In this document: in pieces, positions 1 through 11,000 of the stretch
How positions within the stretch are numbered: the first letter of the stretch is position 1
Layout: the number at the start of each line of letters is the position of its first letter
NCBI GenBank assembly: GCA_964016885.1
Contig: OZ024741.1
Location: 382,230,001-382,294,000, forward strand
DNA from: Eledone cirrhosa
Taxonomy: Eukaryota
Direction: 5' to 3'
DNA length: 64,000 nt
Program-made: the position numbers and the translations under genes
The notes under the pieces: generated by a model
The model's input: the letters and a program-made list of their open reading frames with translations, nothing else
Told to the model about the DNA's origin: nothing
Database searches by the model: none

Positions 1-711
1 TCCAACTGTGTGGCAAACTATCAAATGCTTTTTTATAATCTATCCAAGCAATCGATAAATTTTTGTGTCTATTATGACAATCTTCCAGTATCATTTTGTT
101 AACCAGAAGCTGATCCTTACAGCCATATGAGCCTCGTTTACACCCTTTCTGCTCAATGGGAAATAGGTCATTTGTTATCAGGTGGTCATATGTGTATTCA
201 GTTAGGACTGATGTTAAAATTTTATACATTGTGGTCAAGCAGGTTATCGGTCTGTAATTTTTGGGATTGTTTGTCTCATCATTCTTCGGTAGCAGGAATG
301 TAATGCCGTTAACTAGCCATGATGGTATCTTTTCTGGCTCCTTAACTATTTCATTGTAAAGGTGGGCTAACAGCTCATGAGACTCTGTGAAGGCATTTAT
401 CCAAAAGTTTTGTATTTTGTCTTTTCCTGGGGATTTCCATTTGCTGGTTTTTCTTAGAGCCAAGCGCAGCTGTTCAACTGTTATATTTTCCCATGTTTGT
501 TCTTCAAGGTGAGCTGTTTCTTTCATTTGTCTGTCTATCCATGGGGCATGTATGTTATGAACTTTTTCTTCGGCCCGTATCTTTTCCCAGAATACTTGCA
601 CTTCCTCCTTGGGTGGTATTGATTTAGCAGTTATTGTTGACTTACCAATTTTTCTGTAGAAGTTTCATTGGTTGTTTTTGAACATATTATTGTCCTTATA
701 GAATCTAGATC

Positions 712-712
<1 letters not shown>
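1..712 (-). mobile_element. 5'-truncated, degraded R4/Dong-type non-LTR retrotransposon (RT region; continues left of the window), a different subfamily from the 8-12 kb copy
   Basis: Minus strand translates to WKSPGKDKIQNFWI and KNYRPITCLTTMYKILTS, homologous to WKSPGPDGVQGYWI and TNYRPITCLPLMWKLLTG in ORF 8126-11518; its 5' edge abuts a (TAA)n tract. Confidence 0.85.

Positions 713-759
<47 letters not shown>
713..759. repeat. (TTA)n microsatellite, left flank of Tx1 copy 1
   Basis: Direct reading. Confidence 0.98.
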
Positions 760-972
760 GAATGCCATGGTTGACGGAGGCTCGGCTCTGTAAGGTATAG
801 TAATTTTTAACCGTTAAAACAATTGTAAATTGTTTAAAACTTGAACCAAATTGTTGATAAAGACACCCTCCTCCTCGTGAGAGGGGTCTTTCTGTCCGTT
901 ATTTGGCCCTTCGGGGTTAAATAATCAGTTATTGGGGTTTTGTACCCAAAATTTCATTTTAAGCAAAAAAAC

Positions 973-3073
973 ATGGCTACCAAAAAAAAAAAATTTCATA
1001 CGTCACTCCCACTCATTCCGTCTTCTTCTTCCTCAATCATCACTACAGGAGAGAGAAGATTGTCTCTCTCCCTCCCTTCTTTAAATGTGTCTCTCTCCCT
1101 ACCTTCTCTTTCGCAAGCGACGAAAGAAAAGAAAAGTCTCGTGCAAAGCGTGCAAGGTTTCTCCACGACGACGACGACAGCGACGAAACAGGTGTGCGGG
1201 AAATACGAAAACCCAGTTCATTCGTCTGACGTCAGGAATAATAGCAGTAGCAGCCGTAATAACAACAGCAACAGTGACAATGAAAACAACAGTAGCAGCC
1301 GCAACAGCATCACCAGCAGCATAAACAACAACAGCATTAGCAGCAGCAACACCAACAACAACCACAGCAACAGCGGCGGAGGCAGTAGTCGTAGTACCTG
1401 CAGCAACAACAAAAGTACCAGCAGCTCTGACGACAACAACAACAGCAGAGAAAAACCAATCTCATTTGCAGGTATTGCGAAAAACCTGGAAACAATCCTC
1501 ATAACAAATGAGGAATTAGAGGAAGCGAAGAAGATGGTGACAAAGAACGGACACCGAGCAATCTGCAAGGCAGCGAAAAATTTTTTCGAAACCCAAGAGC
1601 ACTGTACGGTCACGTACCGTACAGTAAGTACAAAGTCCCGTAGGGTGGAAAGAGCCACAGAGGCCCAAATACAAAAAGCCTTGGGGTCTGTGTGGCAGAG
1701 GAAAACGCACATCACCCGAGGCAAAAAATACGCCACCGTAGACGTACTTTTTGCCACACCCCAGGAGGCAAAAGGCCCAATCAGTAGTGACCCTAAGGAG
1801 CGAGGAAATGGTGTTGGTGCCCTCCTACTGCGGGCAAAAAATTGTGAGGGTCAAACTGACCCACGTCCCCCCCGGAATGACCCCTTCTTGGCTGGCCGCG
1901 TCTGTCCTCGTCGGAATCGAGGACAAAACAACTGTACTGCAAGTACAGAAAAAAGTAAGAGAAGATTGGGTCGGCTCCTCCATTGAGATGCTAATCCAAA
2001 CCAACCAGGAGTGCATCGAAGCTATCCCGGATGTGATAGACTTCGATAACGGCACTCAACTGCCCATAAGTGTTGAGGGCAAACGCCCGAAATGCTTTCG
2101 CTGTGGATCGAAGACTCACCTCAGGGCCTTCTGCAACGAGAAGACCCTGAGAAAGGAGAAAACCCCCCTCCTCCCGAATCCGGTTCCACGGCTACCAGCA
2201 ACAGGACAAGCGGCAACCAGGAACGATAGGTCCGTGGCACCCATACCCACTCCACGGAAATCAAAGACAGCAGCAGCAGTGGAAATATTAACAACAACAA
2301 CAGCAATACCAAATGCAGCTGCAACAGAGACTCCAGTGCAAACATCACCAACAACAACAAGTGAAAGAGTGGAGCTGGTACCCCTCCCCGACCTTACAGA
2401 ATCAGACATGGAGTGTGAGGTGGGAGAGGGATGGCAAAAGGTCTCAAGAAGGCACAAACGCAGAAGCAGCGCATCGTCGCCTTTGAAAAGGGAGGAAAGA
2501 AATGAGAAAAGGGTAAAGTCTACTGCAAAGAGACCCACAGCAGCAACACCACCAACACCATCACCACCCACACCAGCACCACCATCACCACCGGCGACAA
2601 CCCCACCGCCAACAACACCTTCAACACCACCACCACAAGCACCAACATCGCAAACACAACAACAAAACACACACACCCAGCAACAACGACAAGAAAATAG
2701 CAGAACCACACCCCACCCCCAGAAAAACAAATGCACGGCAATAAACACACACAACAAGAAACTAATGACTTACATAATTGAACACACAGACATTTCACAA
2801 CAGGACTACATAATACCAGCACCAATCAAAACGCCAACTAACATAAGACTGCTAAAAATAGCACAGAAACAATACACAAACATTAAAACGAAATTTCCCA
2901 ACGCAGTTGGTGATTTCAGGGACCTAGGAGGAACCATTAATCGAAGAGTATATTCAGACATTCTCTTAGAAGAGCCGACGACCAGCCGAAGGGACGATTC
3001 AACGGTCCCTTCACCAGACGATCAAGTGAAAAGGGATGTAAAAACCATCCCTCCTCTACCAAAAATACGGTAA
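973..3073 (+). CDS. Tx1 ORF1 (gag-like nucleic-acid-binding protein), interrupted by a 1-nt frameshift at ~1770-1774
   Basis: ORFs 940-1986 and 1751-3073 join as ...FATPQEAK/AQSVVTLRSEEMVLVPSYCGQ, collinear with the continuous FETPREVREHSMAPLRSDDFTLVPSYCGQ in copy 2. Zinc knuckle CFRCGSKTHLRAFC; Asn/Ser-rich N-terminus and Pro/Thr-rich C-terminal part. Confidence 0.85.
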
Positions 3074-3108
3074 GTGGTCTTTCCCATCTTTTCCACTCTA
3101 TTTTAAAC

Positions 3109-6100
3109 ATGACCTCACTCAGAATAGGCAGCATAAATGCGCGTGGCTTGGGGTCGTCATGGAAGCAGGGTCACCTGCTCAACGACCTCAGGTCACTAAA
3201 CATAGATGTAGTGGCCATCAGCGAGACCAGAATCTCCGAAGCACGGGCCTTCGCACCGATCTTCGGCGGCTACGATGTGTACGCATCTCCCAGCCGTCCT
3301 GGATCCGGTGGAGGAGTTGCTGTACTTTTTCGGAGAGGTTTGGATCTCGCCATACGGGCCATCTTCCTGGACCCAGAGGGTAAGCTGGTGGTGCTGGACG
3401 TGACCAGCGGAGACGGGCAAGCTTTCAGGCTAGTGGCCGTCTATGCCCCGACAGGAGCAGGGCGGCCTGATTTCTTCCGGCGTCTGGAGACCTTTCTTGG
3501 AACGTCCCGCTCTTTAGTGTTAGTGGGCGACTGGAACGGGATCTTAGATGCACGCTGGGACTGTGTGGGATTAGCGGATAGGGGTGGAGGGTGCAAGAGC
3601 CTCACCAACCTGCTCAGGCGTTTTGAACTGTCTGACAGGTACCGATTGGATTTCCCGAATGTGCCAATGTGGACTTGGACAAACCGCATAGGGTCATCCA
3701 GATCATATCTAGATAGAGTATTTTGTAGGGAAATAGATAGGTCTAGCATAGGCTGTCCACAATTCAAGATAGTCAGCTACACGGACCACAAATTCGTGAT
3801 CTGTGTGCTTGACTTAGATAGGCTTCATAGACGAGGACCCGGCTACTGGAAGCTAAACGCGTCCTTACCAGCGCGCAAGGCCTACAGAGACCGGATTAGC
3901 GAACTAGTTAAGCGGGCGTTGACGGGGGCCATCGTCAACAACAAGTGGTGGTTTGCTCTGAAAAGAGCGATTAGAATAGAATCGATTAGGTTTAGTAAGG
4001 CTTTAGCAATAGAGAAAAATAGAGCAGAGGGAGAACTAGTTAGAAAATTAGACGAGGCGCTTAGCAAAGGCATTGCGACCGACGTGCTTGCGGCGAAATT
4101 GGCCCTTGACCAATTCTTCAATGCAAAGCACGAAGGCTGCGTTGTCAGAGCTAGGGTGCGTGCTCTCAGACACGAGGGGACGAAAGCCGTTCAATGGGCC
4201 CGAGTGGCGGAGGCGCGTCGTGGCAACAAAGCCACGATCCGGTCTTTGGTGGACCACGACGGGCGCATGCTACTCGATCCCGGGCAAATGTGTGAAGCTT
4301 TTCAGCGACACTTCGCTCAGCTGTTCGGGGGCAGCGGGGGGCCGGGTAGAGGGATGGACTTTAGTGTCTACCTCGACGGGCTGCCGCGGCTCTCGGCCAC
4401 TGAGGCGAGGTGTTGCGAAAAGCCGATAACAGCCGCTGAAGTACGGGAGGCAATGACTGGCTGCACAAGGGGTAAATCGCCTGGTTTGGATGGTCTGCCC
4501 TATGAACTTTACGTACAGATGCCAGACTTGTTCGGAGGCCTCTTGGCGGACGTCTACTGCAACTGGCAACAGAACGGGAGAATTCCCAGTTCTGTGAGCC
4601 GAGGAGCGGTGGCACTGCTGAGAAAGGATCCGAACAAGTGGGATAACATAGACAATTTCCGGCCCATATCTCTGCTAAACACAGAGTTTAAGATTTTGGC
4701 CAAGGTGCTAGCAAAGAGGTTGGCGCTTGTCGTTGGTGGTCTGGTGGGAGAGGCGCAGACATGCGCCATTCCCGACAGATCCATCCACGACAACCTCCAC
4801 CTCATGCGATACATCGTAGAGAGGGTAGCTAGGGAACCTGGCACGGGTGGGTCCTTGATCAATTTAGATCAGTCGAAAGCTTTCGATAGGGTCGACCATC
4901 GTTACCTAGCGGCAGTCCTGAGGGCGGCTGGCTTTGGGCCCGTCTTCAGAGGCTGGATCGCTGCCATGCACAGCGACATCTGCTCTGTGGTGAGAGTGAA
5001 CGGTCACCTGTCGGAACCGTTCAACATCATGCGCTCGGTCCGCCAAGGATGTCCCCTCTCGTCCCTCTTGTACGTATTGACTCTCGAGCCATTACTGCAC
5101 AAACTGGAGACGTTGAGGGGAGTCCCGCGCGAACTAGGATGCGGAAGATCCGTGTCAGCATATGCGGACGATGTCACCGTAGTGGTGTCGAACGCCAAAC
5201 ACATCGAGGCGATCGGCACTACACTAAGAGAATACGAAGCGGTGACAGGAGCAATGATCAACCAGGAAAAGTCAGTGGGCCTGCAGCTCGGCACCTGGAG
5301 AGGCAGGTCCATGCCGTCCAACAGCGTCGTCGGGCGCTGGACGGACGGACCGGTTAAATTGCTAGGGGTCTGGTTCGGTCCGGACCTCCAGACGGACAAA
5401 AACTGGGACGAGGTGACGAGCAGGGTGGCTTCTCTCACCCAGAAATGGGCGGAGAGGAAGCTATCCCTGAAAGGTCGAGCGGAGGTGGCTAACGCGTACA
5501 TCGCGTCTGTCATCTGCTACCGCCTAACCGTCGTACCTTGTCCTAAGCCTCGCCTGACTGCGCTGGAGCGTTTGCTCTTTCGCTTTTTGTGGAAGGGACG
5601 TGCTCCGATGGTCAGGCGGTCCATCTGTTGTCAACACCCGCTACGTGGAGGGCTGGGCATGCCGTGGCTGATGATGCGCAGGCACGCGCTCAGGCTACGA
5701 CATCTCCACCTCTTCCTCGACGGTGATCAGGTGTGGTCGCCGTTTGCTAGACGCGTTTTTCCCCAGCTCGTTTCCTTGACGGAGCTGCAGTCCTGGGTCA
5801 AGCGAAGACCGAGAGGGAGCGCCTGGAGACTGGAATGTCTTCAGGCGCTCACAGCCCTCGACCAATCGGGCAATGTGATCGGTGGAAACTCCACCTCGGC
5901 GTTCTATAGAGGATTAGTGGAGGGGAAGAGCGACGACGTACTTGGGGAAACTCTAGGCGTCGACGAAAATCAACTAGCCAATCTCTTCGGAAGAACTTTC
6001 GGGCCAGGGCCTATGGACAACTTCCAGAAATCTCTGGCCTGGCAGTGCTACCGAGGAGCCTTGCCAGTTCGGGATAAACTCTACAGGCATGGAGGTGCCG

Positions 6101-6528
6101 TCAGCCGGGCATGTCCGAGATGCGCGCAGGGCGACGAAACCGTCCTGCACGCACTCGTCCAGTGTCCGAAAATTGCTGACTTGTGGGTTTATGTCGAACA
6201 CCTGCTGTCGCGTTTAGGACGGATCCAGCTATCATCTGAGTCCATCGTGAGGATTGCCCCGCCCTCCTCCTTTAGCCGGGAAGGGCAGGCAGTTTTTATC
6301 TGTCTGGTGGCCATGGCGAAAGAGATAGTATGGTGGACACGTTTGAAAGGGCTGAAGACGAGCACTTACCTCTTCGGTGATGCTCTGATTGACTTTTTCA
6401 AATTTCATTTGAAAAGGAAAATCAGAGTAGAGAGGGAAGTGCTCTCTTCCCAGCATTTTGTTGAAAGATGGGTGAGAGAAGCAAGAATGGCCCGAGTGAA
6501 TGGGCCGACTCTGAGTATATATCTGTAA
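3109..6528 (+). CDS. Tx1 ORF2: APE endonuclease + reverse transcriptase + C-terminal Zn finger (1139 aa, open)
   Basis: APE motifs GSINARG, ISET, GDWN, YLDRVF, TDH; RT motifs KSPGLDG, FRPISLLN, DQSKAFDRV, RQGCPLS, YADD; C-terminal CPRC...ETVLHALVQC. Confidence 0.96.
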   Translation: MTSLRIGSINARGLGSSWKQGHLLNDLRSLNIDVVAISETRISEARAFAPIFGGYDVYASPSRPGSGGGVAVLFRRGLDLAIRAIFLDPEGKLVVLDVTSGDGQAFRLVAVYAPTGAGRPDFFRRLETFLGTSRSLVLVGDWNGILDARWDCVGLADRGGGCKSLTNLLRRFELSDRYRLDFPNVPMWTWTNRIGSSRSYLDRVFCREIDRSSIGCPQFKIVSYTDHKFVICVLDLDRLHRRGPGYWKLNASLPARKAYRDRISELVKRALTGAIVNNKWWFALKRAIRIESIRFSKALAIEKNRAEGELVRKLDEALSKGIATDVLAAKLALDQFFNAKHEGCVVRARVRALRHEGTKAVQWARVAEARRGNKATIRSLVDHDGRMLLDPGQMCEAFQRHFAQLFGGSGGPGRGMDFSVYLDGLPRLSATEARCCEKPITAAEVREAMTGCTRGKSPGLDGLPYELYVQMPDLFGGLLADVYCNWQQNGRIPSSVSRGAVALLRKDPNKWDNIDNFRPISLLNTEFKILAKVLAKRLALVVGGLVGEAQTCAIPDRSIHDNLHLMRYIVERVAREPGTGGSLINLDQSKAFDRVDHRYLAAVLRAAGFGPVFRGWIAAMHSDICSVVRVNGHLSEPFNIMRSVRQGCPLSSLLYVLTLEPLLHKLETLRGVPRELGCGRSVSAYADDVTVVVSNAKHIEAIGTTLREYEAVTGAMINQEKSVGLQLGTWRGRSMPSNSVVGRWTDGPVKLLGVWFGPDLQTDKNWDEVTSRVASLTQKWAERKLSLKGRAEVANAYIASVICYRLTVVPCPKPRLTALERLLFRFLWKGRAPMVRRSICCQHPLRGGLGMPWLMMRRHALRLRHLHLFLDGDQVWSPFARRVFPQLVSLTELQSWVKRRPRGSAWRLECLQALTALDQSGNVIGGNSTSAFYRGLVEGKSDDVLGETLGVDENQLANLFGRTFGPGPMDNFQKSLAWQCYRGALPVRDKLYRHGGAVSRACPRCAQGDETVLHALVQCPKIADLWVYVEHLLSRLGRIQLSSESIVRIAPPSSFSREGQAVFICLVAMAKEIVWWTRLKGLKTSTYLFGDALIDFFKFHLKRKIRVEREVLSSQHFVERWVREARMARVNGPTLSIYL

Positions 6529-6788
6529 ACTAAAGGTGGAAAACTGGGAGAGGGCACTTGCCTTGGTGGTCAGGGTCATTGTGGCTTTTTACTGGGCTTT
6601 CTCCACAAATGTTCCTCCGAAGTCTCCCCCCTATTGGGGAATTTTTCATTGTTATTTTCATTGTTATTTTTGTTACATCCTCTATTTTTGTTTTTTTACA
6701 CGCAGAAATGCCCATTTGTACCGTCCTGCATTGTCCTGCACTGTCCTTAATGTCTACTTTATGTAAACCCTTGTGGTTAATAAAGAAA

Positions 6789-6790
<2 letters not shown>

Positions 6791-6886
<96 letters not shown>
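6791..6886. repeat. (ATT)n microsatellite between the Tx1 3' end and a Dong 3' end
   Basis: Direct reading. Confidence 0.98.
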
Positions 6887-7250
6887 GTTCTTTGAGTCTC
6901 AGTCATTGATGTTAGTTAACTGGAAAGTTTGTTGAAATGAATATCAAGACACTACCTGCAGGCTCAGATATTCAGGACGTATCGGAGGGTTCTTGCTGTT
7001 CCCAGCAAGCATGCCTTTTGAAGTGTTCCAAAAAGCGGGGCGGGGCCATTTTCTTTAACCATCCCTGGAAACATTTTAAGATAGTAGCTAGTGCGCCTAT
7101 GAAAATCGGGATCACTTTGACTTCATGGAAGTTCCAAATACTTTTTACCTCCCACTCTAAGTCCTGGTATCGGTTAATTTTATCCCTCTCCTTCTCTTGC
7201 ACTCTCGTGTCGAATGGGCAGGCCACATCCACAATCAGGCACGATCATCT
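6887..7250 (-). mobile_element. 5'-truncated R4/Dong copy (3' ~360 bp)
   Basis: Near-identical to 8047-8410 (DVACPFDTRVQEKE..., same 3'UTR); TTA repeats on both sides. Confidence 0.92.
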
Positions 7251-7289
7251 TTGTTTCTTTATTATTATTATTATATTATTATTTTTATT

Positions 7290-7996
7290 GTTATTTGAGT
7301 CTCAGTCATTGATGTTAGTTAACTGGAAAGTTTTTTGAAATGAATATCAAGCCACTACCTGCAGCCTCAGATATTCAGGACTTATCGGAGAGTTCTTGCT
7401 GTTCCCAGCAAGCATGCGTTTTGAAGCGTTCCAAAAAGTGTGGCGGGGCCATTTTCTTTAACCATCCCTGGAAACTTTTTGAGATAGTCCCCAGTGCGCC
7501 TATGACAATCGGGACCACTTTGACTTCATGGCAGTTGCAAATCCTTTTTAACTCTCACTTTACGTCCTGGTATCGGTTAATTTTCTCCCTCTCCTTCTAT
7601 TGCACTCTCGTGTCGAATGGGCAGACCACATCCACAATCAGGCACGATCTTTTTTCTTTGTCCACAACCACCAGGTCAGGTCTATTGTGTTCCAGTTTCT
7701 TGTCCGTCTGTATCCTAAAATCCCACAGCACCTTCAACTAATCGTTTTTTATCACCGATTCTGGCTTATGCTCATACTATTTCTTAGAATGTGGTAAAAT
7801 GTTTACTTTGCATAGGTGCCAGTGGATCACCCTGCCCATCACATCATGTCTCCATCCCTTAGAGTGAGTCTGGGTTAGGTGTTTACACTCGGATACAATG
7901 TGAGCCACAGTCTCCTCTCTCTCTTAACAGATCCTCAACAGTGGGCTAGCTTCCTCCTTGTAAATATGGTGTTTCAACCACTTCGTTTTGAGGGCC

Positions 7997-7997
<1 letters not shown>
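7290..7997 (-). mobile_element. 5'-truncated R4/Dong copy (3' ~700 bp)
   Basis: Near-identical to 8047-8756; ends directly at (TTA)n 7998-8046. Confidence 0.92.
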
Positions 7998-8039
<42 letters not shown>

Positions 8040-8046
8040 GTTATTG

Positions 8047-11000
8047 TTATTCCTTGAATCTCAGTCATTGATGTTGGTTAACTGGAAAGTCCGTTGGATT
8101 GAATATCAAGCCACTACCTGCAGCCTCAGATATTCAGGACGTATCGGAGGGTTCTTGCTGTTCCAAGCAAGCATGCTTTTTGAAGCGTTCCAAAAAGCGT
8201 GAAGGGGCCGATTTTCTTTAACCATCCCTGGAAACTTTTGGAGATAGTCCCCAGTGCGCCTATGACAATCGGGATCACTTTGACTTCATGGCAGTTCCAA
8301 ATCCTTTTCACCTCCCACTTTAGGTCCTGGTATCGGTTAATTTTCTCCCTCTCCTTCTCTTGCACTCTCGTGTCGAACGGGCAGGCCACATCCACAATCA
8401 GGCACGATCTTTTTTCTTTGTCCACAACCACCAGGTCAGGTCTATTGTGTTCCAGTTTTTTGTCCGTCTGTATCCTAAAATCCCACAGCACCTTCACCTG
8501 ATTGTTCTCCATCACCGCCTCTGGCCTATGCTCATACCATTTCTCAGAATGTGGTAGATTGTTTACTTTGCACAGGTGCCAGTGGGTCACCCTGCCCATC
8601 ACATCGTGTATCCAGCCCTTATAGTGGGTCTGGGCTAGGTGTTTACACTCGGACACAATGTGAGCCACAGTCTCCTCTCTCTCTCCACAGATCCTGCACA
8701 GTGGGCTAGCCTCCTCCTTGTAGATATGGTGCTTCAACCACTTCGTTTTGAGGGCCTGCTCCTGCGCAGCCATTAGCATTCCTTCTGTAGCCTTTTTGAG
8801 GTCTCCTCTTCTCAACCAGTTCCATGTCTGTGGATCTCTAAATTCAGTTTTCTCAAAGAAGGTACTATGAAGGGGTTTTCCCTTAAGGCTGCTCTTCCTC
8901 CTTGATGTTATTTCCTCCCTGGACATCCCCTGGCCTACTGTCCCCTCCTTCAGTACAGTTCTGAGCATTGGCTCCTTACTATAGGTCACGTATTTGTATA
9001 GGTTGTTTTTCTCCATCTGAACACAGTCCTCTATGCTGATAAGACCTCTTCCACCCTCAGATCTCCTTAGGTAGAGTCTATCGACATCACTCCTCTTGTG
9101 GAACATGTTGTAGATAGTCAATAGCTTCCTAGTCTTCCTATCCATTTCTTTCTGTTCAGCAACATTCCATCTTAGAATTCCCGCACTGTACCTAATAATA
9201 GACACAGCTCGGGAATTTACTGCGCTTATGGCATTTCTGCTGTTCAGATGTGACTTCAATACGCTCCTTACTCTCCGAATGTATTCAGTTCTTAACAATT
9301 CCTTCATTTTTTTGTTCTTTATGCCATCAGCCTCCAGAACGCCCAAATACTTGTATCCTTCCTCAGAGTCAATTTCCTTTATCATCTCACCTGCTGGTAT
9401 CTGGATCCCGTTACTTCTGCTCAACCTACCCCTCTTCATCACAATGACTCCACATTTACCAATACCAAACTGCATACATATATCACTGCTGAAAATACGG
9501 ACAGTGTCAACAAGCACATCCAACTCCTTCTCACTTTTCCCGAAGAGCTTAAGATCGTCCATGAAGAGGAGGTGATTGATGGTAAGCTCTCCCCTTCCCA
9601 ACTTGTATCCTGCTCTCACTTTTCGCAGCATAATGGTCAAGGGCATCAGGGCAAGGACAAACAACAGAGGGGACAGGCTATCTCCCTGGAAGATACCTCT
9701 CTTGATCTTCACGCTTCCCAAGGATACTCCAGTTGATGTCAACTCTGTCACCCAGGACCCCATACTCCTGCCTAGCAACTGTCTGATGTTATCTGCCACC
9801 CTGAAGATCTCCAGGCTTTTGGTGATCCAGGAATGAGGCACCATGTCAAATGCCTTTCTGTAGTCTATCCATCCCATGGCAAGATCAGTGTGTCTCCTCC
9901 TGCAATTCCCCATTACCATCTTATCAATAAGCAACTGGTCCTTTGTACCACGTGACTTCTTTCGGCATCCTTTCTGTTCGTCCGGTAACAAGTTGTTTGT
10001 GTGGAGGTGATGGTAGATTTCCTCAGACACAATGCCCGTCAACAGTTTCCACATTAAGGGCAGACATGTGATAGGTCTATAGTTGGTAGCATCATTACCC
10101 TTGATTCGGTCTTTCATTATCAGAACTGTGGTACCTTTTGTCAACCACTCTGGCACCTCACCCGACACCAAGCAGTCATTGAACATGGCCGTCAGCTTCG
10201 GGTGGAGGGATGTTAGATGTTTAATCCAATACCCCTGCACACCATCTGGGCCTGGTGATTTCCAGTTGGTTAGTTTTTTGGCTTGCCCCTTAAGAGTTTC
10301 AACTGTGATACTCAAATCAGTCTGTTGCTGTGCCTGCTCACCGATCTCCCTCTGTACTGTCTCAATCCACCCTGCCTGGGCATTGTGTCTAACATCCTGC
10401 TCCCATATTCCTCTCCAGAATGTTTTAGTTTGCTCCGCCCCAGGGATCAAGTCGTTGCCTCTTTCTTTGCCCTCAAGCTGTCCAAACAGCATCTTCTGGT
10501 TGTTGTCGAACATGCGGTTCTGTTTATACTGACTGACTCTGTTCTCGTATCGCCTGATTTTTGCACTCTTTGGTACAATGCGTTGCTTCAATTCCTCTAT
10601 GATAATATTTAGCTTTTTACTCCTAGTTTTGTATTTTATTTCCAGTCTATTTTTAGTGCCTATGTTTTTTAGTGTCCCATTCAGTAGTGACTCAAGCTTT
10701 CCTATGTCATTTCTCATTTCCCCGATTTGCCCACTCAGTCGCTTCTTCCACCACGGCTCTGCTCTTTCTTGTCTGTTGTTTCCTCTGGCTTTTATACCAA
10801 GTAGTTTCCTCACCGTATTTGCTGTTGCTCTGAGGATATTGTTGCACTGGTGAAGGCTCCTCGCCTCAAGGTATGGGATGACTTTCTTTACCTTAGCTGT
10901 TGTTTCTTTTAACTTTTTCCTGTCCACAAATCTGAGGTTCATAGGTCTCCCACTATCATTGTTCAATTCATCTACCACTAAATTTAGGATGTCAACCGAA

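Larger units (their letters stand above)
760..6790 (+). mobile_element. Full-length Tx1/L1-clade non-LTR retrotransposon (copy 1)
   Basis: 5'UTR, ORF1 with a CCHC knuckle, short spacer, ORF2 (APE-RT-Zn finger) and a 3'UTR with AATAAA at 6779-6784; (ATT)n on both sides. Confidence 0.93.

Noticed and set aside
3159-6579. Short overlapping and antisense ORFs inside Tx1 ORF2 (likewise inside the Dong ORF)
   Set aside because: Expected shadow frames in coding DNA, with no motifs; recurrence in copy 2 only reflects high identity.
6887-8125. CRISPR-like or satellite array
   Set aside because: The repeats are 3' ends of a retrotransposon with variable length; eukaryotic context and no cas genes.
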